From Acidobacteriota bacterium (lineage in GTDB: Bacteria; Acidobacteriota; Vicinamibacteria; Vicinamibacterales; 2-12-FULL-66-21), in NCBI GenBank assembly GCA_013813355.1, contig JACCRT010000004.1:175-64174 (forward strand): a stretch of 64,000 bases of DNA. Direction: 5' to 3'. A program made the translations under genes and the position numbers. The first letter of the stretch is position 1. The number at the start of each line of letters is the position of its first letter. Under the pieces are notes generated by a model, which was given only the letters and a program-made list of their open reading frames with translations, was not told the DNA's origin and made no database searches. This document shows positions 54,925 to 64,000 of the stretch, one piece after another.

Positions 54925-55890
54925 ATGCGCTACAGGAGATTCGGCCGGACCGGCTGGCAGGTGAGCGAGATTGGCTATGGCATGTGGGGGATGGCAGGGT
55001 GGACGGGCAGCAGCGACGAGGAGTCGCTGGCCTCGCTCGACCGGGCCCTCGAACTCGGGTGCAACTTCTTCGACACGGCGTACGCCTACGGCGAAGGACA
55101 CAGCGAGCGGCTGCTCGGGCAGGTGCTGAAGAGGCATGCCGGGAAGCGTTTGTATACCGCGACGAAGATCCCCCCGAAGAATCGTCAGTGGCCGGCCAAA
55201 CGCGCGTATCACATCGAGGATGTCTTCCCGGCCGACCACATCGGCGCATATACGGAGAAGAGCCTCGAAAACCTTGGGGTCGAGACAATCGACCTGCTGC
55301 AACTGCACGTGTGGAACGACGCCTGGGCCGGTGACGAGGCGTGGCGGCGAGCCGTGGAGGCATTGAAGAAGAAGGTCCTCATCCGCGCCTTCGGCATCAG
55401 TGTGAACAGGTGGCAGCCCACCAATGTGCTGCGCGCGCTCGACACCGGGCTGGTCGACGCCGTCCAGGTGGTTTACAACCTGTTCGACCAGAATCCCGAG
55501 GATGAACTCTTTCCCTATTGCCGCGAGCACGACATCGCCGTCATCGCCCGGGTGCCGTTCGACGAGGGCAGCCTCACCGGGGCGGTGAACGCGGCATCGA
55601 CCTGGCCGGAGGGTGACTTCCGTAACATCTACTTCAAACCGGAAAACCTTGGCCCGACGCTCGAGCGCGTCGATCGGGTGCGTGCGTCGCTCCCGCCGGG
55701 CATATCAATGGCCGAGCTCGCGCTCCGCTTCATCCTCGAAAGCCAGGACGTGAGCACCATCATCCCCGGGATGCGCAAGCTCCGGCACGTGGAAGCCAAC
55801 ATCGGCGCCAGCGGGAAAGCGGCGCTCCCGGGTGAAATCATGTCGGAACTCAGGGGGCATCGGTGGGACCGCCAAACCGATTTTGAATAG
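54925..55890 (+). CDS. Aldo/keto reductase
   Basis: MRYRRFGRTGWQVSEIGYGMWGM...FFDTAYAYGEGHSE...TKIP... is the canonical AKR N-terminus. The ORF track's longer N-terminus is Arg-rich and implausible. Confidence 0.85.
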   Translation: MRYRRFGRTGWQVSEIGYGMWGMAGWTGSSDEESLASLDRALELGCNFFDTAYAYGEGHSERLLGQVLKRHAGKRLYTATKIPPKNRQWPAKRAYHIEDVFPADHIGAYTEKSLENLGVETIDLLQLHVWNDAWAGDEAWRRAVEALKKKVLIRAFGISVNRWQPTNVLRALDTGLVDAVQVVYNLFDQNPEDELFPYCREHDIAVIARVPFDEGSLTGAVNAASTWPEGDFRNIYFKPENLGPTLERVDRVRASLPPGISMAELALRFILESQDVSTIIPGMRKLRHVEANIGASGKAALPGEIMSELRGHRWDRQTDFE

Positions 55891-55952
55891 CAGCTAAGCC
55901 ATTGACATTGATGAGGTTAGAGGACATTGACGAGCTGGACGTGGAGCCAATC

Positions 55953-55961
55953 TGCTATAAT
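55953..55961 (+). promoter_or_regulatory. Extended -10 element (TGcTATAAT) upstream of rpmE
   Basis: TGCTATAAT read directly, 34 nt upstream of the GTG start. No good -35 lies at 17-nt spacing. Confidence 0.4.
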
Positions 55962-55994
55962 GCCTTTTTCCCGAAGAGCCCGAAGGAGCATCCA

Positions 55995-56258
55995 GTGAAG
56001 GAAGGGATTCATCCCAAGTACCACCAGATAGAGGCGCGCTGCGCGTGCGGCGCGGCGTGGCAGACCCGCTCGACGAAGCCGGAGCTGCACCTCGAAATCT
56101 GTAATAACTGCCACCCGTTCTTCACCGGCCGCCAGAAGCTGGTCGACACCGAAGGGCGCGTCGAGCGGTTCACGAAGCGATTCGGTGTGCAGACCTCCGA
56201 GCAGCGCAAGGCTGCCGCGAAGACCAAAAAGGAAGCGGCGGCCGCCGCGGTCAAGTAG
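55995..56258 (+). CDS. rpmE: 50S ribosomal protein L31 (Zn-ribbon type A)
   Basis: GTG start 6 nt after AAGGAG. KEGIHPKYHQIEARCACGAAWQTRST...CNNCHPFFTGRQKLVDTEGRVERFTKRF. Lys/Ala-rich tail. Confidence 0.9.
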   Translation: MKEGIHPKYHQIEARCACGAAWQTRSTKPELHLEICNNCHPFFTGRQKLVDTEGRVERFTKRFGVQTSEQRKAAAKTKKEAAAAAVK

Positions 56259-56282
56259 CGCGGGCCTGACCCGGCCGTACAC

Positions 56283-56302
56283 GGGCCGCCCCGGGGCGGC
56301 CC
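56283..56302. terminator. GC hairpin between convergent rpmE and the exonuclease gene
   Basis: GGGCCGCC-CCGG-GGCGGCCC, a perfect 8-bp stem with a 4-nt loop. It could act bidirectionally. No U-tract. Confidence 0.4.
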
Positions 56303-57661
56303 CTACGATGTGAACAACTCAGGGCTGCCGCCCGCCGACTTGGCGATCTTGCGATCCAGCCGCGCGATCCGATGACGGACTCCTTCAGCTCGCCGGCCAT
56401 CCCCCTCCTGCAGTGCGAACAGCGCCAGCTCGCGCGCACTCGCCAGGTTCCGATCCCGGTGCTCGTGGTGGATGGCCAGCGCTTCCACCGCCACTTGCCG
56501 TAGCTCGCCCAGGGCGCCGTCACGCCTGGTCGACACCGAGGCGGTGAGCGCCACGATCTCGCGCCAGAGCTCAGCCGCCTCGGCGAACCGCCGTTCGCGC
56601 CGGCGCCGCACGGCCAACCGGCCCAACGCTTCCCCTCTCACTTCACAATCCTTCGACGCCGCCGCCCGGCGGTAGCACGCGTCCGCGCGGTCGAACGCCT
56701 CCGCACGCTCGTAGATTCGACCGAGCGCCAGGGCTTCGCCGCCGTCCTGACACGCCCCGTCCCCCGCGTGTGCCATGTGGGCAGCGCGCGCGGTCACCGC
56801 CGCCAGCGACACGAGATCGAGCCGGTTGTGCTCGAGCACCGGCTCGAGCGGACGCGCATCACCGCTGCGGAGAAAACGGAAGAACCGCTCCGGGATCTCG
56901 AAACCGGGCACGTCTCCCACGCGACGCATGTCCAGCAGGGTCCGCTCGAGATTCGTCAGCCTGCATCCTTCTTCGCTCCGCGAGGTGCTGCGCCGCCAGA
57001 GCCTCCGCGCCGGGTGCAGCATGTCGAAGTGCGGGATACCGGCGAGCGGCATCTCCATCCGGTGAAACGCCCACCGCGTCTCCATCACCGGGACGTCGAA
57101 GGTTTTGCCGTTATACGTGACGATCAGGTCGCAGTCGCCGAAGAACTCGGCCACCGCCGCCAGTTGTGCGCGCTCCGAGGCGTGGCTGGTCAGCAGGAAC
57201 TGCCGGACCTGGAACGCGCCCAGGTCGAAGTAGCCGCAGCCGACGAGAAACGCGACCGTGCCGGCGCCCCCGCTCAACCCGGTGGTCTCGAGGTCGAGAA
57301 AAACCGTTTTCTGAGGGCCCTCCGGATCGAGGCAGAAGCCACGCGACGACAACGCGGGGTCGAGCAGCGCCAGCCCCTCCCCGTCTTTCACCTCGCAGTC
57401 CTCGATGCGGACCGAACCATGAAGACGGCTACCTTCATAGCGTCGATCGACAACGAGACAGTCGCCGAATGGCGTGCGCACGGGCGTTCCGCCCAGCACC
57501 GCGCCCACACGCGCGAGATCCATCGGCGCGTCATACCTGTATCCATCGTCGGGCTCGTAGGTCAGTTCACGGCGTTCCGACGGACCTTGTCCTGGAAAGC
57601 CCCCGGAGGGGCGCGTCGACGAACCTTGGACGATGGAGCGGAGGCGGGAGGTGAGGTCCAT
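56303..57661 (-). CDS. mrfB: YprB/MrfB-like RNase-H-fold 3-prime to 5-prime exonuclease with a C-terminal helical-repeat region
   Basis: DEDD-type motifs FLDLETTGL and YNGKTFDVP. Its start shares 1 nt with the stop of the upstream DExH/DUF1998 helicase (TGATG). Confidence 0.7.
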   Translation of the reverse strand: MDLTSRLRSIVQGSSTRPSGGFPGQGPSERRELTYEPDDGYRYDAPMDLARVGAVLGGTPVRTPFGDCLVVDRRYEGSRLHGSVRIEDCEVKDGEGLALLDPALSSRGFCLDPEGPQKTVFLDLETTGLSGGAGTVAFLVGCGYFDLGAFQVRQFLLTSHASERAQLAAVAEFFGDCDLIVTYNGKTFDVPVMETRWAFHRMEMPLAGIPHFDMLHPARRLWRRSTSRSEEGCRLTNLERTLLDMRRVGDVPGFEIPERFFRFLRSGDARPLEPVLEHNRLDLVSLAAVTARAAHMAHAGDGACQDGGEALALGRIYERAEAFDRADACYRRAAASKDCEVRGEALGRLAVRRRRERRFAEAAELWREIVALTASVSTRRDGALGELRQVAVEALAIHHEHRDRNLASARELALFALQEGDGRRAEGVRHRIARLDRKIAKSAGGSPELFTS

Positions 57662-60117
57662 CAGGCGGCCTCAGCCCGGAGGAGACGGTCGAGGATGCGC
57701 GAGGCGACCTGCTTGGCATGCGGGCCTGTATTGCCCTCTGGGCCCACGCAGGACGGGCAGCCGGATTCGCAGGGGCAGCCGGCAATCAGCTCGCGCGTCC
57801 GTTCGAGAAGGAGGCCGTGCATCTCAAACAACGGGCGGCTGAACCCGATCCCGCCCGGATAGTTGTCGTAGATGAACACGTTCGGCTCGGCGGCGAGCGC
57901 CTCCGGGCCGCCTTGGCTCATTCCGCCGGTGCGCGTCGAGCGGTCGAGCGATCCGCCGTCCACTGAAAGACCGATGTCGTGACCGTCGCACATCAGCAGG
58001 AGCTGCGCGACGTGCCGCATCGCGAACGCCAGCCCGACAACCCCGTCGCGCCGGTCGTCACCCGCAAACGGCAGAGCCTGCATGATCCCCGAGGGGATCG
58101 AGAGCCAGTAGGCCGTCGTATGCATCTGCTGCTCTGGCAGGTCCAGCTCGCCGGAGCCGACGTTCTCGTTCGTATAGAACTTGATCTTCTTGAACCCTAC
58201 GACCCGTGACACGACGTGGACTTCACCGTGCGAGCGGCGGCCTTGGCCGTGTTGGGCCATCGCCGGGGCAAGGGCGTCCTCGGGTACGTCCGAAACCGCC
58301 GGCGACTCCCCGCCGTCCTTTGCGAACGTATCGAGGATGGTGACCTTCGTATAGGTGATGGCGTCCGTGTAGTAGTCGCAGTCCACGTGCCGGATGTACG
58401 CCTTCCGCCCCTCGAAGTCGAACCGCTCCACTTGGAACAGCTGCCCCTCGATGATGTAGATCGCCTTTTCATGCAGCGTGGCTGGCGCACTCGTGAAGTC
58501 GGTCTCGCCGACCACGCGCTCTCCGTTCGTGATGTCAACGATGACGAAGTTGTCGGACGACACGGACCGAAGGCTGACCGCGTCGGCCGGGTAGGACTCG
58601 TTCGTCCAGTTCCACTGGCCGTCGGCCTCGTGAACGAAGCCTTCCTCTGCGAGGACCGGCAGGATCTGCTGAACGTCCACCTCGCTGGCGCCGAACGGTT
58701 CGTCGGCCGCAAACGGCAGTTCGAACGCAGCGCATTTCACGTGGTCGAGCAGGATGTGCAGGTTGTCGGGGTTGATAAGCGCGTGCTCGGGAGACGCGTC
58801 GAAGAAATAGGACGGGTTGCGCACCACGAACTGATCGATGGGCGCGCTGCTCGCGACCAGTACGGCAGCCGAGCGCGTCGTCCTGCGGCCGGCGCGGCCC
58901 GCCCGCTGCCACGTGGCGGCGATGGTGCCCGGGTAGCCCGCCATGATCGAGACGTCGAGCGCGCCGATGTCGATGCCGAGCTCGAGCGCGCTGGTCGAGA
59001 CGACCGCCCGCACCTGCCCGTCGCGCAGCCCGCGCTCGATCTCGCGCCGCCGGTTTGGCAGATACCCGCCGCGGTACCCGCGAATCACGTCCGCTGTTCC
59101 CGGCGGGCCGTGAAACGCATCCTTCAGATACGTCGTCAGGATCTCGACCGCGAGGCGGCTCTGCGCAAAGAGGATGATCTGCAGATTGTGCCGCAGGAAC
59201 TCGAGCGCGACGCGGCGGGCTTCCGAGAGGTAGGAGCGACGGATGCCGAGCTGCGCGTTGACAACCGGCGGGTTGACGAACAGGAAGAACTTCTCGCCGC
59301 GTGGCGCCCCGTTCTGATCGACCAGCTCGAATGGACGGCCGGTGAGTCCCTCGGCGAGGTCCCGCGGGTTGGCAATCGTCGCCGACGAGCAGATGAAGAT
59401 CGGGTCGGAACCGTAGTGCCGGCAGATCCGCTGGAGCCGCCTCAGGATGTTGGCCAGGTGGCTGCCGAAGACACCGCGATACGCGTGCAGCTCGTCGACG
59501 ATGACGAACCGCAGGTTCTCGAAGAGCTTCGCCCAGCGCGGATGGTGCGGCAGGATGCCCGAGTGCACCATGTCAGGATTACTGAGCACGACGTGCGCCT
59601 TGCCGCGGATGGCGCGCCGAGCGTCGGACGGCGTGTCGCCGTCGTACGTGAAGACGCCAATCTCGAGGTTGGAATCCTGCGCCACCAGTTCCGAGAGCCC
59701 GTGCAGTTCGGCGAGTTGATCCTGCGCGAGCGCCTTCGTCGGAAACAGGTACAGCGCCCGCGTGGACGGATCCTGCAGGATCGCGTTCAGCACCGGCGCG
59801 TTGTAGCAGAGCGTCTTGCCCGATGCCGTCGGCGTGATGGTCACGACGTTGCGTCCACTGAGCACGTGCGCGAAGGCTTCGGCCTGGTGCGTGTAGAGCT
59901 GATCGATGCCGCGCGCCGCGAGCGCGGACTTCAGGCGCGGGTCGGCCCCGTCGGGATACGGCGCGAACGAGGCCGGGACGGCCGGCAGCCGGTGCGCCGC
60001 CGTGACGACAGGGTCGGCCCCAGGCCCACCGGGAGCCTTCGAGGCGTTGAGACGCCTGAGGACCTCCTGCAGCGAGCGGTCCTTGTCACCGGTGACCACG
60101 GGGAGCGTTTGAGCCAT
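57661..60117 (-). CDS. mrfA: DExH-box helicase with a C-terminal DUF1998 zinc module (YprA/MrfA-like)
   Basis: Preferred ATG at 60117 (MAQTLPVV...). Walker A TPTASGKT, DELH box (VIVDELHAY), helicase C motifs and the four-Cys DUF1998 end CPCESGCPSCV. Confidence 0.8.
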   Translation of the reverse strand: MAQTLPVVTGDKDRSLQEVLRRLNASKAPGGPGADPVVTAAHRLPAVPASFAPYPDGADPRLKSALAARGIDQLYTHQAEAFAHVLSGRNVVTITPTASGKTLCYNAPVLNAILQDPSTRALYLFPTKALAQDQLAELHGLSELVAQDSNLEIGVFTYDGDTPSDARRAIRGKAHVVLSNPDMVHSGILPHHPRWAKLFENLRFVIVDELHAYRGVFGSHLANILRRLQRICRHYGSDPIFICSSATIANPRDLAEGLTGRPFELVDQNGAPRGEKFFLFVNPPVVNAQLGIRRSYLSEARRVALEFLRHNLQIILFAQSRLAVEILTTYLKDAFHGPPGTADVIRGYRGGYLPNRRREIERGLRDGQVRAVVSTSALELGIDIGALDVSIMAGYPGTIAATWQRAGRAGRRTTRSAAVLVASSAPIDQFVVRNPSYFFDASPEHALINPDNLHILLDHVKCAAFELPFAADEPFGASEVDVQQILPVLAEEGFVHEADGQWNWTNESYPADAVSLRSVSSDNFVIVDITNGERVVGETDFTSAPATLHEKAIYIIEGQLFQVERFDFEGRKAYIRHVDCDYYTDAITYTKVTILDTFAKDGGESPAVSDVPEDALAPAMAQHGQGRRSHGEVHVVSRVVGFKKIKFYTNENVGSGELDLPEQQMHTTAYWLSIPSGIMQALPFAGDDRRDGVVGLAFAMRHVAQLLLMCDGHDIGLSVDGGSLDRSTRTGGMSQGGPEALAAEPNVFIYDNYPGGIGFSRPLFEMHGLLLERTRELIAGCPCESGCPSCVGPEGNTGPHAKQVASRILDRLLRAEAA

Positions 60118-60214
60118 GGGAAAGTATTGGAGCCGCAGGACTTGGCCACCGATCCTAGCAGGCGCGCGCCGGGCGATCAAGTGGCGAAACAGATCCCCGT
60201 CGGCAACACCGACG

Positions 60215-61558
60215 CTACGACGGCGGGATCCGGGGTCGGCTCCGGTCGTGGGCGATCTTCGCGGCGATGCCGCTCAAGGCCAGCACGCCAATCAGGTTTG
60301 GGAAGATCTGGAGCGCATTCATCAGGTCACCCCAGGCCCAGACCAGTTCGACGCGCGTAATAGCGCCGAGCGGGATCAGGAGGCAGTAAATCCACCGGTA
60401 CGGCATCACCACGCGGGGGCCCAGCCAGTACTCGAGGAACTGCTCCCCGTAGAAGGCCCAGCCGATGAGCGTCCCGTAGCCGAACAGGAACACGCAGAAC
60501 GCGACGATGTAACCGCCGAACCCCGGCATGGCCGCATCGAACGCGAGCCCGACCGCGGCCGTGCTGGTCACGCGCTCCGACACCGGCAGCGTCCAGTCGA
60601 TGACCCCTGAGAGCAGCACCGTCAGCGCCGTCAGCGTGCAGGTACCGAACGAGACGATGAAGGTTTCCATCACCGCATTGAGACCCTGTTGCGACGGACG
60701 ATTGCTCTGCGCGGTCCCGTAGGCGACCGCCGCAGTGCCGTAGCCGGCCTCGTTCGCATAGAGACCCCGCGCCAGCCCGTAGCGGACCGCCGTAAAGATC
60801 CCGAACCCGAAGACAGCATGGGTGGTGAACGCGTAGCGGAACACCATCGCCAGCACTTCCGGGATCGCCGCGGCGAACGTGACGATCACAACCAGGGACC
60901 CCAGGAGGTACAGGATGACCTTCAGCGGCGCCAGCTTTTCCGCCACCCGGCCGATCGACTTGATCCCGCCGATGATGACCAGCCAGGTCAGCAGGGCGAT
61001 CACGATGCCCGAGATCCAGCGCGGGACGCCGACCTGCGTATCGAACACCAGCGCAATCGAATTGGTCTGCGTGAATGGCGTGGTCGTCAGCGCCGCGATC
61101 CCCGCGACGACCGCATACGACATCGCGAGCAGGGGCGACTTCACGCCGTCGCGCAGGTAGTACATCGGTCCCGATCTGACCTGGTCGCCCTGCGTCTCGC
61201 GAAAGGTCATGCCCAGCACGGCCTCGCTGAACTTGATCGACGTGGCGAAGAAGCCGTAGCACCAGATCCAGAACAGCACGCCCGGACCGCCCGAGACGAT
61301 GCCCGCGGCGACCCCCGCGATATTGCCGGTCCCGATCGTCGCCCCCAGCGCCGTCATGAACGACTGGAAGGGTGTCAGGGCCCCGCTGCCGGTTGCGTGC
61401 CCGCCGAAGAACGACCGCAGCGCCTCCCCGAATCGCCGCACCTGCACGGCCCCCAGCCGGCCGGTCATGAAGAGGCCGGTGCCGAAGAGGATGATGACGA
61501 GAAACGGGATGAACAGCCAGTCGGCTGTGGCCTGGATGACATCGGCAAGCTGCGTCAT
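60215..61558 (-). CDS. Alanine/glycine:cation symporter (AGCS) family transporter
   Basis: FQSFMTALGATIGTGNIAGVAAGIVSGGPGVLFWIW is the AGCS signature. 447 aa, polytopic. Confidence 0.85.
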   Translation of the reverse strand: MTQLADVIQATADWLFIPFLVIILFGTGLFMTGRLGAVQVRRFGEALRSFFGGHATGSGALTPFQSFMTALGATIGTGNIAGVAAGIVSGGPGVLFWIWCYGFFATSIKFSEAVLGMTFRETQGDQVRSGPMYYLRDGVKSPLLAMSYAVVAGIAALTTTPFTQTNSIALVFDTQVGVPRWISGIVIALLTWLVIIGGIKSIGRVAEKLAPLKVILYLLGSLVVIVTFAAAIPEVLAMVFRYAFTTHAVFGFGIFTAVRYGLARGLYANEAGYGTAAVAYGTAQSNRPSQQGLNAVMETFIVSFGTCTLTALTVLLSGVIDWTLPVSERVTSTAAVGLAFDAAMPGFGGYIVAFCVFLFGYGTLIGWAFYGEQFLEYWLGPRVVMPYRWIYCLLIPLGAITRVELVWAWGDLMNALQIFPNLIGVLALSGIAAKIAHDRSRPRIPPS

Positions 61559-61630
61559 GGGAGGTGACTATATCGCGAGCGCCGGCCACTTCGTACACGC
61601 GGGAACCGAGGGGAGGGGCGTCCACCCGGC

Positions 61631-62410
61631 TCAGATGTTGGACCTGGACTGGCACCCGTCCACGACGAGCGAGGCGCCGCTGACCCAGCTGGCGCGCGAA
61701 GAGGCGAGGAAGGCGACGACGTTGCCGACTTCGTCAGGGCGGCCGAAGCGGCCGAACGGAAGATCGCGCTTGATAAAGGCGGCTATCCCCTCGGGGTCTG
61801 CCTGCTGACGCGCGTGCCAGCTCCCGCCTGGGAAGATGATGGATCCGGGAGCGATGCTGTTGACGCGGATGTTGACCGGCGCGAGTTGCTGGGCGAGCGC
61901 CTTGGCCAGGCTGATCTCGGCCGCCTTGACGGCATTGTACGTCATCCGCCCTCCGGACTCCCGCCCCCAGATCGACGCAATCATGATGATCGACCCTCCG
62001 CCGCGCGCCCGCATGTGCGGCACGGCCAGCCGGGACGCGCGGATTGCCGGGAACAGGGTTTCGTCGAAGGCCGCCTGCCACTCGGCGTCGCTGGTGTTGA
62101 GCAGATCCCCCCCTGCCGCGCGGCCGACATTGTTCACGAGGATGTCGACCCCGCCAAACGTCTCCACGGCCCGGTCGACGACCAGCGCCACCCCGTCGGC
62201 CGTGGACACATCCGCCTGGACTGCCATCACCATCTGCGGCCGCTTCGCCGCCGCCTCCACCTCGATGGCCGCTTCCGCCAGGCGCTCCTGTCCCCGCGCG
62301 CAGATGCAGACGCGGCAGCCCTCCGCCACGAGCGCGCGCGCGCTCGCCAGGCCGAGCCCGCGGCTCGAGCCGGTTACGATGGCGATCTTATCGGTCAGCC
62401 CCAGGTCCAT
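61631..62410 (-). CDS. SDR-family oxidoreductase (FabG-like)
   Basis: TGSSRGLGLA cofactor motif, NNVG, and the catalytic YNAVKAA (YxxxK). Confidence 0.85.
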   Translation of the reverse strand: MDLGLTDKIAIVTGSSRGLGLASARALVAEGCRVCICARGQERLAEAAIEVEAAAKRPQMVMAVQADVSTADGVALVVDRAVETFGGVDILVNNVGRAAGGDLLNTSDAEWQAAFDETLFPAIRASRLAVPHMRARGGGSIIMIASIWGRESGGRMTYNAVKAAEISLAKALAQQLAPVNIRVNSIAPGSIIFPGGSWHARQQADPEGIAAFIKRDLPFGRFGRPDEVGNVVAFLASSRASWVSGASLVVDGCQSRSNI

Positions 62411-62483
62411 GCGGCATCATCATTTCTCAAAGGCGCGCGGGACCCTGCGCCCCGTGCGCGGTGGCTCGTCTCGGCGGCGCGCT

Positions 62484-63398
62484 TCAGCGCCCAGTCAGGT
62501 CGTTGAGGCGCCAGTCCAGCTGATGATATGCCACGGTGAACTGGTGCTTCTGCACGAACTCGCGTTCGATGGGCAGCAGGTGCGGCGTGACAAAGGCGAG
62601 GATCGCCCGTTCGATCGGTGAGCGGTTGGCGTGGGGTCCCTGCTCGCCGGGATCGTAAGCCGCGATGAAGTGATCCGCATTCCAGCTGACGATCGGCGTG
62701 ACCGCAAGGACACCCTCCGAGTGGGCGATGCGCATCATCGACTGCTCGGTCACGAACTCGGACTGCACCCGGTCGAGCTGCTGCGCCAGCCGCGCGGCGG
62801 TGAAGGCCTCGCTCCGGAGCCGCCCGCTGCCAAGCGCGCCCCGCCCCAGCGCCAGGAACACCCGTGGTTCCTTGAACTCTGGCAGGATGGTCTTCTCGAT
62901 CTCGTCGAGAGTCACGCTGCGCCCCGCGGCGCGATGACGAACGCGCTCGAAAGCCCCCGGAATCTGCCGGATGCTGTTCGCCGGGAACTCGGCGGCCCGG
63001 CCGCGGATCGGGTAGTGATCGATGACCGTTCTCAGGACGAACGCGTTGTAGGCGTTGATCCAGAAGGCCATCTGCCGCTCCCGTGTCCAGCCGCTGTACG
63101 TCGCGGCCGGCACATCCAGGGACGCGACGTAACGGTCAAACCGTCCCCGCTCCAGGCGCAGCGCGCGATAGTAGACCATCCCGTCGCGCACATACATGTC
63201 GAGGATGTCGTCGAAGGGCCGGTGCAGCGCCTCGACGGTGGCATCCTGCGCGGCCTGTGAAGACGCGCGGGCGGCAGCCGGGCTGAACGCGGCGACGACG
63301 CAGGCGGCCATGAGTAGCAAGAGGGGCGAGCCATGAAGCAGGCGCAGCGAGCTGCCTGTCGGCCGCAGCCGTGAAAGCCCAGAAAAATCCGTGTACAT
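62484..63398 (-). CDS. DUF547-domain protein, probably secreted
   Basis: FWINAYNAFVLRTVIDHYPI is the DUF547 core. The N-terminus is hydrophobic. The start is uncertain, with an alternative ATG at 63311. Confidence 0.75.
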   Translation of the reverse strand: MYTDFSGLSRLRPTGSSLRLLHGSPLLLLMAACVVAAFSPAAARASSQAAQDATVEALHRPFDDILDMYVRDGMVYYRALRLERGRFDRYVASLDVPAATYSGWTRERQMAFWINAYNAFVLRTVIDHYPIRGRAAEFPANSIRQIPGAFERVRHRAAGRSVTLDEIEKTILPEFKEPRVFLALGRGALGSGRLRSEAFTAARLAQQLDRVQSEFVTEQSMMRIAHSEGVLAVTPIVSWNADHFIAAYDPGEQGPHANRSPIERAILAFVTPHLLPIEREFVQKHQFTVAYHQLDWRLNDLTGR

Positions 63399-63414
63399 CC
63401 GTGTCAGTCCGTGG

Positions 63415-64000
63415 TCAGAGGTTCGAGGCCAGGAAATCGGCGAGCGCCTGTGAAAACGCGTCCGGTGTCTCGAGATTCGAAAGGTGCCCGGCCGCCGGCA
63501 GCACGACCAGCCGCGATCGTTCCATCCGCTGCTGCATCGCCTCGGATTCGACCGGCGGCGTCAGTGTGTCCTCGCTGCCAACGATGATCAAAACCGGGCA
63601 CGACATGCGGGCGAGCAGCGGGGTCGAGTCCGGACGATTCAGCATCGCCTCGATCGCCCCGGCGATCCCCTCCGAGTGATTCGCCTCGATCATCTGCCTG
63701 ACCGGCTCTTCCAGCTGCGGCCGGTCGCGGCGCGACGTCTCGCCAAGCAGTTTGGGGATCATCTGGTTCGCCACCGCGGCCGGTCCCTCCCGGCGGACGA
63801 GATCCAGCATCTTCTGCCGCCCTTCGCGCCCCTCCGGTGTATCCGCCGACGCCTTGGTATCGGCAAGCACTACCGCGTTGAACCGGGCCGGGCTGCGGCG
63901 GAACAGGGCGAAGGTCACGTATCCGCCCATCGAGAGACCGCCGATGGCGGCGGTCTCGATCCGGAGCGCGTCGAGCACTGCCTCCACCCCGGCGGCCAGG
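63415..64000 (-). CDS. Alpha/beta hydrolase (partial; 5-prime end beyond the window)
   Basis: GGLSMGGYVTFALF nucleophile elbow, a C-terminal AGHLSNLE His motif, and a stop at 63415-63417. The ORF is open to the window edge. Confidence 0.75.
   Translation of the reverse strand, partial: LAAGVEAVLDALRIETAAIGGLSMGGYVTFALFRRSPARFNAVVLADTKASADTPEGREGRQKMLDLVRREGPAAVANQMIPKLLGETSRRDRPQLEEPVRQMIEANHSEGIAGAIEAMLNRPDSTPLLARMSCPVLIIVGSEDTLTPPVESEAMQQRMERSRLVVLPAAGHLSNLETPDAFSQALADFLASNL

Noticed and set aside
58216-60360. 714-aa plus-strand ORF
   Set aside because: It is antisense to the DExH/DUF1998 helicase, Arg-rich and without motifs.
1-64000. Sequencing or assembly indel errors as the explanation for all frameshifts
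   Set aside because: About 27 kb (13.6-40.5 kb) and the right ~17 kb contain more than 35 intact ORFs without a single frame break. Lesions cluster in a few genes, with up to three in one kinase gene, and are accompanied by large deletions and missing termini that base-calling errors cannot produce. Individual 1-nt shifts in CG runs (42531, 42803, 43300, 40649) still deserve read-level confirmation.
1-64000. CRISPR arrays, rRNA genes, an intact integrase or transposase, and known defence islands
   Set aside because: I saw no regularly spaced direct repeats, rRNA-like conserved tracts, tyrosine or serine recombinase signatures, or a DDE core. The only mobile-element DNA is the deleted IS3 remnant.

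Overview
High-GC (roughly 68-70% by eye) bacterial chromosomal segment. The gene content (PadR plus ADOP-type FtsX permease, Oar-like TonB-dependent receptor, Ser/Thr-kinase-PD40 paralogs, many cupin/DinB genes) suggests Acidobacteriota; this is inference only. The window has three parts. (1) 0-13.4 kb is an accessory patchwork of one- to three-gene intact blocks: VapBC, a cyclase plus a beta-lactamase-family hydrolase, an orphan Cache-like sensor, a bicupin, PadR plus a deleted ADOP permease, DUF488, a DUF4437 cupin and HicBA. These blocks are separated by truncated or frameshifted gene remnants. (2) 13.6-40.5 kb is an uninterrupted same-strand glycan/amino-sugar utilisation locus of about 27 kb. 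It holds DUF4434, an AGE-fold protein, PhyH, an RpiR regulator, an Oar-like TonB receptor, a ceramidase-like hydrolase, a Gfo/Idh/MocA oxidoreductase, two SSS transporters, FAH, GHL10, heparinase II/III, an esterase, a BadF-type kinase, a SIS protein, CutC, an M20 amidohydrolase and a DegT aminotransferase. Ten of its gene junctions are 4-nt ATGA/GTGA overlaps. (3) 40.6-46.9 kb is a second decay zone: a frameshifted YciI gene, an ADOP fragment, an IS3 remnant, two convergent decayed kinase-PD40 genes, VapBC and a DUF1684 remnant. It is followed by ordinary-looking genes: PD40-CehA hydrolase, STAS, a membrane Ser/Thr kinase operon, DinB, an M28 peptidase, an AKR, rpmE, a mrfAB-like helicase/exonuclease pair, an AGCS transporter, an SDR, DUF547 and a partial hydrolase. 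The most unusual structural signal is two rho-derived fragments in direct orientation that share the same 51-nt segment (12999-13049 and 45698-45748). Each lies just downstream of a toxin-antitoxin module, and together they bracket a 32.7-kb block containing the whole catabolic locus. I saw no rRNA, tRNA, CRISPR array or intact integrase/transposase. All product calls rest on motif recognition by eye and none has been checked against a database.
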